DNA of 64,000 nt from Auanema rhodensis (Eukaryota > Animalia > Nematoda). Location: contig OZ059898.1 of the NCBI GenBank assembly GCA_964057225.1, positions 20,956,001-21,020,000 on the forward strand, given 5' to 3'. The stretch's first letter is position 1, and each line of letters opens with the position of its first letter. The notes below the pieces were generated by a model. That model was not told the DNA's origin and searched no databases. It was given only the letters and a program-made list of their open reading frames with translations. Shown piece by piece: positions 24,641 to 39,421 of this stretch. The translations under genes and the position numbers were made by a program.

Positions 24641-27600
24641 TTATGCTAATTAAATGTACACGTGATGTGCACTTGGTATGTAACTCGCTTCACGTGAAAG
24701 ATAAAGAGATGCGGTTTTCAAAATTAGATTCCCCATGTCCATATTAGTTTAAAAACAAATTTTTATTGATATTGGTGCATGGTAACCATGACTTTGAAAT
24801 TTACGTGAACTTTAATTTATGCTAATTAAATGTACACGTGATGTGCACTTGGTATGTAACTCGCTTCACGTGAAAGATAAAAAGATGCGGTTTTCAAAAT
24901 TAGATTCCCCATGTCCATATTAGTCTAAAAACAAATTTTTATTGATATTGGTGCATGGTAACCATGACTTTGAAATTTACGTGAACTTTAATTTATGCTA
25001 ATTAAATGTACACGTGATGTGCACTTGGTATGTAACTCGCTTCACGTGAAAGATGAAGAGATGCGGTTTTCAAAATTAGATTCCCCATGTCCATATTAGT
25101 CTAAAAACAAATTTTTATTGATATTGGTGCATGGTAACCATGACTTTGAAATTTACGTGAACTTTAATTTATGCTAATTAAATGTACACGTGATGTGCAC
25201 TTGGTATGTAACTCGCTTCACGTGAAAGTAAAAGAGATGCGGTTTTCAAAATTAGATTCCCCATGTCCATATTAGTCTAAAAACAAATTTTTATTGATAT
25301 TGGTGCATGGTAACCATGACTTTGAAATTTACGTGAACTTTAATTTATGCTAATTAAATGTACACGTGATGTGCACTTGGTATGTAACTCGCTTCACGTG
25401 AAAGATGAAGAGATGCGGTTTTCAAAATTAGATTCCCCATGTCCATATTAGTCTAAAAACAAATTTTTATTGATATTGGTGCATGGTAACCATGACTTTG
25501 AAATTTACGTGAACTTTAATTTATGCTAATTAAATGTACACGTGATGTGCACTTGGTATGTAACTCGCTTCACGTGAAAGATGAAGAGATGCGGTTTTCA
25601 AAATTAGATTCCCCATGTCCATATTAGTCTAAAAACAAATTTTTATTGATATTGGTGCATGGTAACCATGACTTTGAAATTTACGTGAACTTTAATTTAT
25701 GCTAATTAAATGTACACGTGATGTGCACTTGGTATGTAACTCGCTTCACGTGTAAGATGAAGAGATGCGGTTTTTAAAATTAGATTCCCCATGTCCATAT
25801 TAGTCTAAAAACAAATTTTTATTGATATTGGTTCATGGTAACCATGACTTTGAAATTTACGTGAACTTTAATTTATGCTAATTAAATGTATACGTGATGT
25901 GCACTTGGTATGTAACTCGCTTCACGTGAAAGATAAAGAGATGCGGTTTTCAAAATTAGATTCCCCATGTCCATATTAGTCTAAAAACAAATTTTTATTG
26001 ATATTGGTTCATGGTAACCATGACTTTGAAATTTACGTGAACTTTAATTTATGCTAATTAAATGTACACGTGATGTGCACTTGGTATGTAACTCGCTTCA
26101 CGTGAAAGATGAAGAGATGCGGTTTTCAAAATTAGATTCCCCATGTCCATATTAGTCTAAAAACAAATTTTTATTGATATTGGTGCATGGTAACCATGAC
26201 TTTGAAATTTACGTGAACTTTAATTTATGCTAATTAAATGTACACGTAATGTGCACTTGGTATGTAACTCGCTTCACGTGAAAGATAAAGAGATGCGGTT
26301 TTCAAAATTAGATTCCCCATGTCCATATTAGTTTAAAAACAAATTTTTATTGATATTGGTGCATGGTAACCATGACTTTGAAATTTACGTGAACTTTAAT
26401 TTATGCTAATTAAATGTACACGTGATGTGCACTTGGTATGTAACTCGCTTCACGTGAAAGATAAAAAGATGCGGTTTTCAAAATTAGATTCCCCATGTCC
26501 ATATTAGTCTAAAAACAAATTTTTATTGATATTGGTGCATGGTAACCATGACTTTGAAATTTACGTGAACTTTAATTTATGCTAATTAAATGTACACGTG
26601 ATGTGCACTTGGTATGTAACTCGCTTCACGTGTAAGATGAAGAGATGCGGTTTTTAAAATTAGATTCCCCATGTCCATATTAGTCTAAAAACAAATTTTT
26701 ATTGATATTGGTTCATGGTAACCATGACTTTGAAATTTACGTGAACTTTAATTTATGCTATTTAAATGTACACGTGATGTGCACTTGGTATGTAACTCGC
26801 TTCACGTGAAAGATAAAGAGATGCGGTTTTCAAAATTAGATTCCCCATGTCCATATTAGTCTAAAAACAAATTTTTATTGATATTGGTTCATGGTAACCA
26901 TGACTTTGAAATTTACGTGAACTTTAATTTATGCTAATTAAATGTACACGTGATGTGCACTTGGTATGTAACTCGCTTCACGTGAAAGATAAAGAGATGC
27001 GGTTTTCAAAATTAGATTCCCCATGTCCATATTAGTCTAAAAACAAATTTTTATTGATATTGGTGCATGGTAACCATGACTTTGAAATTTACGTGAACTT
27101 TAATTTATGCTAATTAAATGTACACGTGATGTGCACTTGGTATGTAACTCGCTTCACGTGAAAGATAAAGAGATGCGGTTTTCAAAATTAGATTCCCCAT
27201 GTCCATATTAGTTTAAAAACAAATTTTTATTGATATTGGTGCATGGTAACCATGACTTTGAAATTTACGTGAACTTTAATTTATGCTAATTAAATGTACA
27301 CGTGATGTGCACTTGGTATGTAACTCGCTTCACGTGAAAGATAAAAAGATGCGGTTTTCAAAATTAGATTCCCCATGTCCATATTAGTCTAAAAACAAAT
27401 TTTTATTGATATTGGTGCATGGTAACCATGACTTTGAAATTTACGTGAACTTTAATTTATGCTAATTAAATGTACACGTGATGTGCACTTGGTATGTAAC
27501 TCGCTTCACGTGTAAGATGAAGAGATGCGGTTTTCAAAATTAGATTCCCCATGTCCATATTAGTCTAAAAACAAATTTTTATTGATATTGGTTCATGGTA

Positions 27601-28688
27601 ACCATGACTTTGAAATTTACGTGAACTTTAATTTATGCTAATTAAATGTACACGTGATGTGCACTTGGTATGTAACTCGCTTCACGTGAAAGATAAAGAG
27701 ATGCGGTTTTCAAAATTAGATTCCCCATGTCCATATTAGTCTAAAAACAAATTTTTATTGATATTGGTTCATGGTAACCATGACTTTGAAATTTACGTGA
27801 ACTTTAATTTATGCTAATTAAATGTACACGTGATGTGCACTTGGTATGTAACTCGCTTCACGTGAAAGATAAAGAGATGCGGTTTTCAAAATTAGATTCC
27901 CCATGTCCATATTAGTCTAAAAACAAATTTTTATTGATATTGTTGCATGGTAACCATGACTTTGAAATTTACGTGAACTTTAATTTATGCTAATTAAATG
28001 TACACGTGATGTGCACTTGGTATGTAACTCGCTTCACGTGAAAGATGAAGAGATGCGGTTTTCAAAATTAGATTCCCCATGTCCATATTAGTCTAAAAAC
28101 AAATTTTTATTGATATTGGTGCATGGTAACCATGACTTTGAAATTTACGTGAACTTTAATTTATGCTAATTAAATGTACACGTGATGTGCACTTGGTATG
28201 TAACTCGCTTCACGTGAAAGTAAAAGAGATGCGGTTTTCAAAATTAGATTCCCCATGTCCATATTAGTCTAAAAACAAATTTTTATTGATATTGGTGCAT
28301 GGTAACCATGACTTTGAAATTTACGTGAACTTTAATTTATGCTAATTAAATGTACACGTGATGTGCACTTGGTATGTAACTCGCTTCACGTGAAAGATGA
28401 AGAGATGCGGTTTTCAAAATTAGATTCCCCATGTCCATATTAGTCTAAAAACAAATTTTTATTGATATTGGTGCATGGTAACCATGACTTTGAAATTTAC
28501 GTGAACTTTAATTTATGCTAATTAAATGTACACGTGATGTGCACTTGGTATGTAACTCGCTTCACGTGAAAGTAAAAGAGATGCGGTTTTCAAAATTAGA
28601 TTCCCCATGTCCATATTAGTCTAAAAACAAATTTTTATTGATATTGGTGCATGGTAACCATGACTTTGAAATTTACGTGAACTTTAAT

Positions 28689-30624
28689 TTATGCTAATTA
28701 AATGTACACGTGATGTGCACTTGGTATGTAACTCGCTTCACGTGAAAGATAAAGAGATGCGGTTTTCAAAATTAGATTCCCCATGTCCATATTAGTCTAA
28801 AAACAAATTTTTATTGATATTGGTTCATGGTAACCATGACTTTGAAATTTACGTGAACTTTAATTTATGCTAATTAAATGTATACGTGATGTGCACTTGG
28901 TATGTAACTCGCTTCACGTGAAAGATAAAGAGATGCGGTTTTCAAAATTAGATTCCCCATGTCCATATTAGTCTAAAAACAAATTTTTATTGATATTGGT
29001 TCATGGTAACCATGACTTTGAAATTTACGTGAACTTTAATTTATGCTAATTAAATGTACACGTGATGTGCACTTGGTATGTAACTCGCTTCACGTGAAAG
29101 ATGAAGAGATGCGGTTTTCAAAATTAGATTCCCCATGTCCATATTAGTCTAAAAACAAATTTTTATTGATATTGGTGCATGGTAACCATGACTTTGAAAT
29201 TTACGTGAACTTTAATTTATGCTAATTAAATGTACACGTGATGTGCACTTGGTATGTAACTCGCTTCACGTGAAAGATAAAGAGATGCGGTTTTCAAAAT
29301 TAGATTCCCCATGTCCATATTAGTCTAAAAACAAATTTTTATTGATATTGGTTCATGGTAACCATGACTTTGAAATTTACGTGAACTTTAATTTATGCTA
29401 ATTAAATGTACACGTGATGTGCACTTGGTATGTAACTCGCTTCACGTGAAAGATGAAGAGATGCGGTTCTCAAAATTAGATTCCCCATGTCCATATTAGT
29501 CTAAAAACAAATTTTTATTGATATTGGTTCATGGTAACCATGACTTTGAAATTTACGTGAACTTTAATTTATGCTAATTAAATGTACACGTGATGTGCAC
29601 TTGGTATGTAACTCGCTTCACGTGAAAGATAAAGAGATGCGGTTTTCAAAATTAGATTCCCCATGTCCATATTAGTCTAAAAACAAATTTTTATTGATAT
29701 TGGTTCATGGTAACCATGACTTTGAAATTTACGTGAACTTTAATTTATGCTAATTAAATGTATACGTGATGTGCACTTGGTATGTAACTCGCTTCACGTG
29801 AAAGATAAAGAGATGCGGTTTTCAAAATTAGATTCCCCATGTCCATATTAGTCTAAAAACAAATTTTTATTGATATTGGTTCATGGTAACCATGACTTTG
29901 AAATTTACGTGAACTTTAATTTATGCTAATTAAATGTACACGTGATGTGCACTTGGTATGTAACTCGCTTCACGTGAAAGATGAAGAGATGCGGTTTTCA
30001 AAATTAGATTCCCCATGTCCATATTAGTCTAAAAACAAATTTTTATTGATATTGGTGCATGGTAACCATGACTTTGAAATTTACGTGAACTTTAATTTAT
30101 GCTAATTAAATGTACACGTGATGTGCACTTGGTATGTAACTCGCTTCACGTGAAAGATAAAGAGATGCGGTTTTCAAAATTAGATTCCCCATGTCCATAT
30201 TAGTCTAAAAACAAATTTTTATTGATATTGGTTCATGGTAACCATGACTTTGAAATTTACGTGAACTTTAATTTATGCTAATTAAATGTACACGTGATGT
30301 GCACTTGGTATGTAACTCGCTTCACGTGAAAGATGAAGAGATGCGGTTTTCAAAATTAGATTCCCCATGTCCATATTAGTCTAAAAACAAATTTTTATTG
30401 ATATTGGTTCATGGTAACCATGACTTTGAAATTTACGTGAACTTTAATTTATGCTAATTAAATGTACACGTGATGTGCACTTGGTATGTAACTCGCTTCA
30501 CGTGAAAGATAAAGAGATGCGGTTTTCAAAATTAGATTCCCCATGTCCATATTAGTCTAAAAACAAATTTTTATTGATATTGGTTCATGGTAACCATGAC
30601 TTTGAAATTTACGTGAACTTTAAT
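28689..30624 (+). repeat. Tandem 5-monomer (880-bp) duplication
   Basis: M164-168 ~ M169-173: T, c19t, a63g/G, T, a63g/T; the copies differ by t77c. Confidence 0.7.
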
Positions 30625-33088
30625 TTATGCTAATTAAATGTACACGTGATGTGCACTTGGTATGTAACTCGCTTCACGTGAAAGATAAAGAGATGCGGTT
30701 TTCAAAATTAGATTCCCCATGTCCATATTAGTCTAAAAACAAATTTTTATTGATATTGGTGCATGGTAACCATGACTTTGAAATTTACGTGAACTTTAAT
30801 TTATGCTAATTAAATGTACACGTGATGTGCACTTGGTATGTAACTCGCTTCACGTGAAAGATGAAGAGATGCGGTTTTCAAAATTAGATTCCCCATGTCC
30901 ATATTAGTCTAAAAACAAATTTTTATTGATATTGGTGCATGGTAACCATGACTTTGAAATTTACGTGAACTTTAATTTATGCTAATTAAATGTACACGTG
31001 ATGTGCACTTGGTATGTAACTCGCTTCACGTGAAAGTAAAAGAGATGCGGTTTTCAAAATTAGATTCCCCATGTCCATATTAGTCTAAAAACAAATTTTT
31101 ATTGATATTGGTGCATGGTAACCATGACTTTGAAATTTACGTGAACTTTAATTTATGCTAATTAAATGTACACGTGATGTGCACTTGGTATGTAACTCGC
31201 TTCACGTGAAAGATAAAGAGATGCGGTTTTCAAAATTAGATTCCCCATGTCCATATTAGTCTAAAAACAAATTTTTATTGATATTGGTTCATGGTAACCA
31301 TGACTTTGAAATTTACGTGAACTTTAATTTATGCTAATTAAATGTATACGTGATGTGCACTTGGTATGTAACTCGCTTCACGTGAAAGATAAAGAGATGC
31401 GGTTTTCAAAATTAGATTCCCCATGTCCATATTAGTCTAAAAACAAATTTTTATTGATATTGGTTCATGGTAACCATGACTTTGAAATTTACGTGAACTT
31501 TAATTTATGCTAATTAAATGTACACGTGATGTGCACTTGGTATGTAACTCGCGTCACGTGAAAGATAAAGAGATGCGGTTTTCAAAATTAGATTCCCCAT
31601 GTCCATATTAGTCTAAAAACAAATTTTTATTGATATTGGTTCATGGTAACCATGACTTTGAAATTTACGTGAACTTTAATTTATGCTAATTAAATGTACA
31701 CGTGATGTGCACTTGGTATGTAACTCGCTTCACGTGAAAGATAAAGAGATGCGGTTTTCAAAATTAGATTCCCCATGTCCATATTAGTTTAAAAACAAAT
31801 TTTTATTGATATTGGTGCATGGTAACCATGACTTTGAAATTTACGTGAACTTTAATTTATGCTAATTAAATGTACACGTGATGTGCACTTGGTATGTAAC
31901 TCGCTTCACGTGAAAGATAAAGAGATGCGGTTTTCAAAATTAGATTCCCCATGTCCATATTAGTTTAAAAACAAATTTTTATTGATATTGGTGCATGGTA
32001 ACCATGACTTTGAAATTTACGTGAACTTTAATTTATGCTAATTAAATGTACACGTGATGTGCACTTGGTATGTAACTCGCTTCACGTGAAAGATAAAGAG
32101 ATGCGGTTTTCAAAATTAGATTCCCCATGTCCATATTAGTCTAAAAACAAATTTTTATTGATATTGGTTCATGGTAACCATGACTTTGAAATTTACGTGA
32201 ACTTTAATTTATGCTAATTAAATGTACACGTGTTGTGCACTTGGTATGTAACTCGCTTCACGTGAAAGATAAAGAGATGCGGTTTTCAAAATTAGATTCC
32301 CCATGTCCATATTAGTCTAAAAACAAATTTTTATTGATATTGGTGCATGGTAACCATGACTTTGAAATTTACGTGAACTTTAATTTATGCTAATTAAATG
32401 TACACGTGATGTGCACTTGGTATGTAACTCGCTTCACGTGAAAGATGAAGAGATGCGGTTTTCAAAATTAGATTCCCCATGTCCATATTAGTCTAAAAAC
32501 AAATTTTTATTGATATTGGTGCATGGTAACCATGACTTTGAAATTTACGTGAACTTTAATTTATGCTAATTAAATGTACACGTGATGTGCACTTGGTATG
32601 TAACTCGCTTCACGTGAAAGTAAAAGAGATGCGGTTTTCAAAATTAGATTCCCCATGTCCATATTAGTCTAAAAACAAATTTTTATTGATATTGGTGCAT
32701 GGTAACCATGACTTTGAAATTTACGTGAACTTTAATTTATGCTAATTAAATGTACACGTGATGTGCACTTGGTATGTAACTCGCTTCACGTGAAAGATAA
32801 AGAGATGCGGTTTTCAAAATTAGATTCCCCATGTCCATATTAGTCTAAAAACAAATTTTTATTGATATTGGTTCATGGTAACCATGACTTTGAAATTTAC
32901 GTGAACTTTAATTTATGCTAATTAAATGTATACGTGATGTGCACTTGGTATGTAACTCGCTTCACGTGAAAGATAAAGAGATGCGGTTTTCAAAATTAGA
33001 TTCCCCATGTCCATATTAGTCTAAAAACAAATTTTTATTGATATTGGTGCATGGTAACCATGACTTTGAAATTTACGTGAACTTTAAT

Positions 33089-36000
33089 TTATGCTAATTA
33101 AATGTACACGTGATGTGCACTTGGTATGTAACTCGCTTCACGTGAAAGATAAAGAGATGCTGTTTTCAAAATTAGATTCCCCATGTCCATATTAGTCTAA
33201 AAACAAATTTTTATTGATATTGGTTCATGGTAACCATGACTTTGAAATTTACGTGAACTTTAATTTATGCTAATTAAATGTATACGTGATGTGCACTTGG
33301 TATGTAACTCGCTTCACGTGAAAGATAAAGAGATGCGGTTTTCAAAATTAGATTCCCCATGTCCATATTAGTCTAAAAACAAATTTTTATTGATATTGGT
33401 GCATGGTAACCATGACTTTGAAATTTACGTGAACTTTAATTTATGCTAATTAAATGTACACGTGATGTGCACTTGGTATGTAACTCGCTTCACGTGAAAG
33501 ATAAAGAGATGCGGTTTTCAAAATTAGATTCCCCATGTCCATATTAGTTTAAAAACAAATTTTTATTGATATTGGTGCATGGTAACCATGACTTTGAAAT
33601 TTACGTGAACTTTAATTTATGCTAATTAAATGTACACGTGATGTGCACTTGGTATGTAACTCGCTTCACGTGAAAGATAAAGAGATGCGGTTTTCAAAAT
33701 TAGATTCCCCATGTCCATATTAGTCTAAAAACAAATTTTTATTGGTATTGGTTCATGGTAACCATGACTTTGAAATTTACGTGAACTTTAATTTATGCTA
33801 ATTAAATGTACACGTGATGTGCACTTGGTATGTAACTCGCTTCACGTGAAAGATAAAGAGATGCGGTTTTCAAAATTAGATTCCCCATGTCCATATTAGT
33901 CTAAAAACAAATTTTTATTGATATTGGTGCATGGTAACCATGACTTTGAAATTTACGTGAACTTTAATTCATGCTAATTAAATGTACACGTGATGTGCAC
34001 TTGGTATGTAACTCGCTTCACGTGAAAAATAAAGAGATGCGGTTTTCAAAATTAGATTCCCCATGTCCATATTAGTCTAAAAACAAATTTTTATTGATAT
34101 TGGTTCATGGTAACCATGACTTTGAAATTTACGTGAACTTTAATTTATGCTAATTAAATGTACACGTGATGTGCACTTGGTATGTAACTCGCTTCACGTG
34201 AAAGATAAAGAGATGCGGTTTTCAAAATTAGATTCCCCATGTCCATATTAGTCTAAAAACAAATTTTTATTGATATTGGTGCATGGTAACCATGACTTTG
34301 AAATTTACGTGAACTTTAATTCATGCTAATTAAATGTACACGTGATGTGCACTTGGTATGTAACTCGCTTCACGTGAAAAATAAAGAGATGCGGTTTCCA
34401 AAATTAGATTCCCCATGTCCATATTAGTCTAAAAACAAATTTTTATTGATATTGGTGCATGGTAACCATGACTTTGAAATTTACGTGAACTTTAATTTAT
34501 GCTAATTAAATGTACACGTGATGTGCACTTGGTATGTACTCGCTTCACGTGAAAGATAAAGAGATGCGGTTTTCAAAATTAGATTCCCCATGTCCATATT
34601 AGTCTAAAAACAAATTTTCATTGATATTGGTGCATGGTAACCATGACTTTGAAATTTACGTGAACTTTAATTTATGCTAATTAAATGTATACGTGATGTG
34701 CACTTGGTATGTAACTCGCTTCACGTGAAAGATAAAGAGATGCGGTTTTCAAAATTAGATTCCCCATGTCCATATTAGTCTAAAAACAAATTTTTATTGA
34801 TATTGGTTCATGGTAACCATGACTTTGAAATTTACGTGAACTTTAATTTATGCTAATTAAATGTACACGTGATGTGCACTTGGTATGTAACTCGCTTCAC
34901 GTGAAAGATGAAGAGATGCGGTTTTCAAAATTAGATTCCCCATGTCCATATTAGTCTAAAAACAAATTTTTATTGATATTGGTGCATGGTAACCATGACT
35001 TTGAAATTTACGTGAACTTTAATTTATGCTAATTAAATGTACACGTGATGTGCACTTGGTATGTAACTCGCTTCACGTGAAAGTAAAAGAGATGCGGTTT
35101 TCAAAATTAGATTCCCCATGTCCATATTAGTCTAAAAACAAATTTTTATTGATATTGGTGCATGGTAACCATGACTTTGAAATTTACGTGAACTTTAATT
35201 TATGCTAATTAAATGTACACGTGATGTGCACTTGGTATGTAACTCGCTTCACGTGAAAGATAAAGAGATGCGGTTTTCAAAATTAGATTCCCCATGTCCA
35301 TATTAGTCTAAAAACAAATTTTTATTGATATTGGTTCATGGTAACCATGACTTTGAAATTTACGTGAACTTTAATTTATGCTAATTAAATGTATACGTGA
35401 TGTGCACTTGGTATGTAACTCGCTTCACGTGAAAGATAAAGAGATGCGGTTTTCAAAATTAGATTCCCCATGTCCATATTAGTCTAAAAACAAATTTTTA
35501 TTAATATTGGTTCATGGTAACCATGACTTTGAAATTTACGTGAACTTTAATTTATGCTAATTAAATGTACACGTGATGTGCACTTGGTATGTAACTCGCT
35601 TCACGTGAAAGATAAAGAGATGCGGTTTTCAAAATTAGATTCCCCATGTCCATATTAGTCTAAAAACAAATTTTTATTGATATTGGTGCATGGTAACCAT
35701 GACTTTGAAATTTACGTGAACTTTAATTTATGCTAATTAAATGTACACGTGATGTGCACTTGGTATGTAACTCGCTTCACGTGAAAGATAAAGAGATGCT
35801 GTTTTCAAAATTAGATTCCCCATGTCCATATTAGTCTAAAAACAAATTTTTATTGATATTGGTTCATGGTAACCATGACTTTGAAATTTACGTGAACTTT
35901 AATTTATGCTAATTAAATGTATACGTGATGTGCACTTGGTATGTAACTCGCTTCACGTGAAAGATAAAGAGATGCGGTTTTCAAAATTAGATTCCCCATG

Positions 36001-38190
36001 TCCATATTAGTCTAAAAACAAATTTTTATTGATATTGGTGCATGGTAACCATGACTTTGAAATTTACGTGAACTTTAATTTATGCTAATTAAATGTACAC
36101 GTGATGTGCACTTGGTATGTAACTCGCTTCACGTGAAAGATAAAGAGATGCGGTTTTCAAAATTAGATTCCCCATGTCCATATTAGTTTAAAAACAAATT
36201 TTTATTGATATTGGTGCATGGTAACCATGACTTTGAAATTTACGTGAACTTTAATTTATGCTAATTAAATGTACACGTGATGTGCACTTGGTATGTAACT
36301 CGCTTCACGTGAAAGATAAAGAGATGCGGTTTTCAAAATTAGATTCCCCATGTCCATATTAGTCTAAAAACAAATTTTTATTGGTATTGGTTCATGGTAA
36401 CCATGACTTTGAAATTTACGTGAACTTTAATTTATGCTAATTAAATGTACACGTGATGTGCACTTGGTATGTAACTCGCTTCACGTGAAAGATAAAGAGA
36501 TGCGGTTTTCAAAATTAGATTCCCCATGTCCATATTAGTCTAAAAACAAATTTTTATTGATATTGGTGCATGGTAACCATGACTTTGAAATTTACGTGAA
36601 CTTTAATTCATGCTAATTAAATGTACACGTGATGTGCACTTGGTATGTAACTCGCTTCACGTGAAAAATAAAGAGATGCGGTTTTCAAAATTAGATTCCC
36701 CATGTCCATATTAGTCTAAAAACAAATTTTTATTGATATTGGTTCATGGTAACCATGACTTTGAAATTTACGTGAACTTTAATTTATGCTAATTAAATGT
36801 ACACGTGATGTGCACTTGGTATGTAACTCGCTTCACGTGAAAGATAAAGAGATGCGGTTTTCAAAATTAGATTCCCCATGTCCATATTAGTCTAAAAACA
36901 AATTTTTATTGATATTGGTGCATGGTAACCATGACTTTGAAATTTACGTGAACTTTAATTCATGCTAATTAAATGTACACGTGATGTGCACTTGGTATGT
37001 AACTCGCTTCACGTGAAAAATAAAGAGATGCGGTTTTCAAAATTAGATTCCCCATGTCCATATTAGTCTAAAAACAAATTTTTATTGATATTGGTGCATG
37101 GTAACCATGACTTTGAAATTTACGTGAACTTTAATTTATGCTAATTAAATGTACACGTGATGTGCACTTGGTATGTACTCGCTTCACGTGAAAGATAAAG
37201 AGATGCGGTTTTCAAAATTAGATTCCCCATGTCCATATTAGTCTAAAAACAAATTTTCATTGATATTGGTGCATGGTAACCATGACTTTGAAATTTACGT
37301 GAACTTTAATTTATGCTAATTAAATGTATACGTGATGTGCACTTGGTATGTAACTCGCTTCACGTGAAAGATAAAGAGATGCGGTTTTCAAAATTAGATT
37401 CCCCATGTCCATATTAGTCTAAAAACAAATTTTTATTGATATTGGTTCATGGTAACCATGACTTTGAAATTTACGTGAACTTTAATTTATGCTAATTAAA
37501 TGTACACGTGATGTGCACTTGGTATGTAACTCGCTTCACGTGAAAGATGAAGAGATGCGGTTTTCAAAATTAGATTCCCCATGTCCATATTAGTCTAAAA
37601 ACAAATTTTTATTGATATTGGTGCATGGTAACCATGACTTTGAAATTTACGTGAACTTTAATTTATGCTAATTAAATGTACACGTGATGTGCACTTGGTA
37701 TGTAACTCGCTTCACGTGAAAGTAAAAGAGATGCGGTTTTCAAAATTAGATTCCCCATGTCCATATTAGTCTAAAAACAAATTTTTATTGATATTGGTGC
37801 ATGGTAACCATGACTTTGAAATTTACGTGAACTTTAATTTATGCTAATTAAATGTACACGTGATGTGCACTTGGTATGTAACTCGCTTCACGTGAAAGAT
37901 AAAGAGATGCGGTTTTCAAAATTAGATTCCCCATGTCCATATTAGTCTAAAAACAAATTTTTATTGATATTGGTTCATGGTAACCATGACTTTGAAATTT
38001 ACGTGAACTTTAATTTATGCTAATTAAATGTATACGTGATGTGCACTTGGTATGTAACTCGCTTCACGTGAAAGATAAAGAGATGCGGTTTTCAAAATTA
38101 GATTCCCCATGTCCATATTAGTCTAAAAACAAATTTTTATTGATATTGGTTCATGGTAACCATGACTTTGAAATTTACGTGAACTTTAAT
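33089..38190 (+). repeat. Tandem 15-monomer (2639-bp) higher-order duplication containing a 175-bp monomer
   Basis: g73t, a129g, t2c+g60a (x2) and the 1-bp deletion plus t124c all repeat at a 2639-bp offset (deletions at ~34538 and ~37177). Confidence 0.92.
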
Positions 38191-39421
38191 TTATGCTAAT
38201 TAAATGTACACGTGATGTGCACTTGGTATGTAACTCGCTTCACGTTAAAGTAAAAGAGATGCGGTTTTCAAAATTAGATTCCCCATGTCCATATTAGTCT
38301 AAAAACAAATTTTTATTGATATTGGTGCATGGTAACCATGACTTTGAAATTTACGTGAACTTTAATTTATGCTAATTAAATGTACACGTGATGTGCACTT
38401 GGTATGTAACTCGCTTCACGTGAAAGATAAAGAGATGCGGTTTTCAAAATTAGATTCCCCATGTCCATATTAGTCTAAAAACAAATTTTTATTGATATTG
38501 GTGCATGGTAACCATGACTTTGAAATTTACGTGAACTTTAATTTATGCTAATTAAATGTACACGTGATGTGCACTTGGTATGTAACTCGCTTCACGTGAA
38601 AAATAAAGAGATGCGGTTTTCAAAATTAGATTCCCCATGTCCATATTAGTCTCAAAACAAATTTTTATTGATATTGGTGCATGGTAACCATGACTTTGAA
38701 ATTTACGTGAACTTTAATTTATGCTAATTAAATGTACACGTGATGTGCACTTGGTATGTACTCGCTTCACGTGAAAGATAAAGAGATGCGGTTTTCAAAA
38801 TTAGATTCCCCATGTCCATATTAGTCTAAAAACAAATTTTTATTGATATTGGTGCATGGTAACCATGACTTTGAAATTTACGTGAACTTTAATTTATGCT
38901 AATTAAATGTATACGTGATGTGCACTTGGTATGTAACTCGCTTCACGTGAAAGATAAAGAGATGCGGTTTTCAAAATTAGATTCCCCATGTCCATATTAG
39001 TCTAAAAACAAATTTTTATTGATATTGGTTCATGGTAACCATGACTTTGAAATTTACGTGAACTTTAATTTATGCTAATTAAATGTACACGTGATGTGCA
39101 CTTGGTATGTAACTTGCTTCACGTGAAAGATAAAGAGATGCGGTTTTCAAAATTAGATTCCCCATGTCCATATTAGTCTAAAAACAAATTTTTATTGATA
39201 TTGGTGCATGGTAACCATGACTTTGAAATTTACGTGAACTTTAATTTATGCTAATTAAATGTACACGTGATGTGCACTTGGTATGTAACTCGCTTCACGT
39301 GAAAGATGAAGAGATGCGGTTTTCAAAATTAGATTCCCCATGTCCATATTAGTCTAAAAACAAATTTTTATTGATATTGGTGCATGGTAACCATGACTTT
39401 GAAATTTACGTGAACTTTAAT

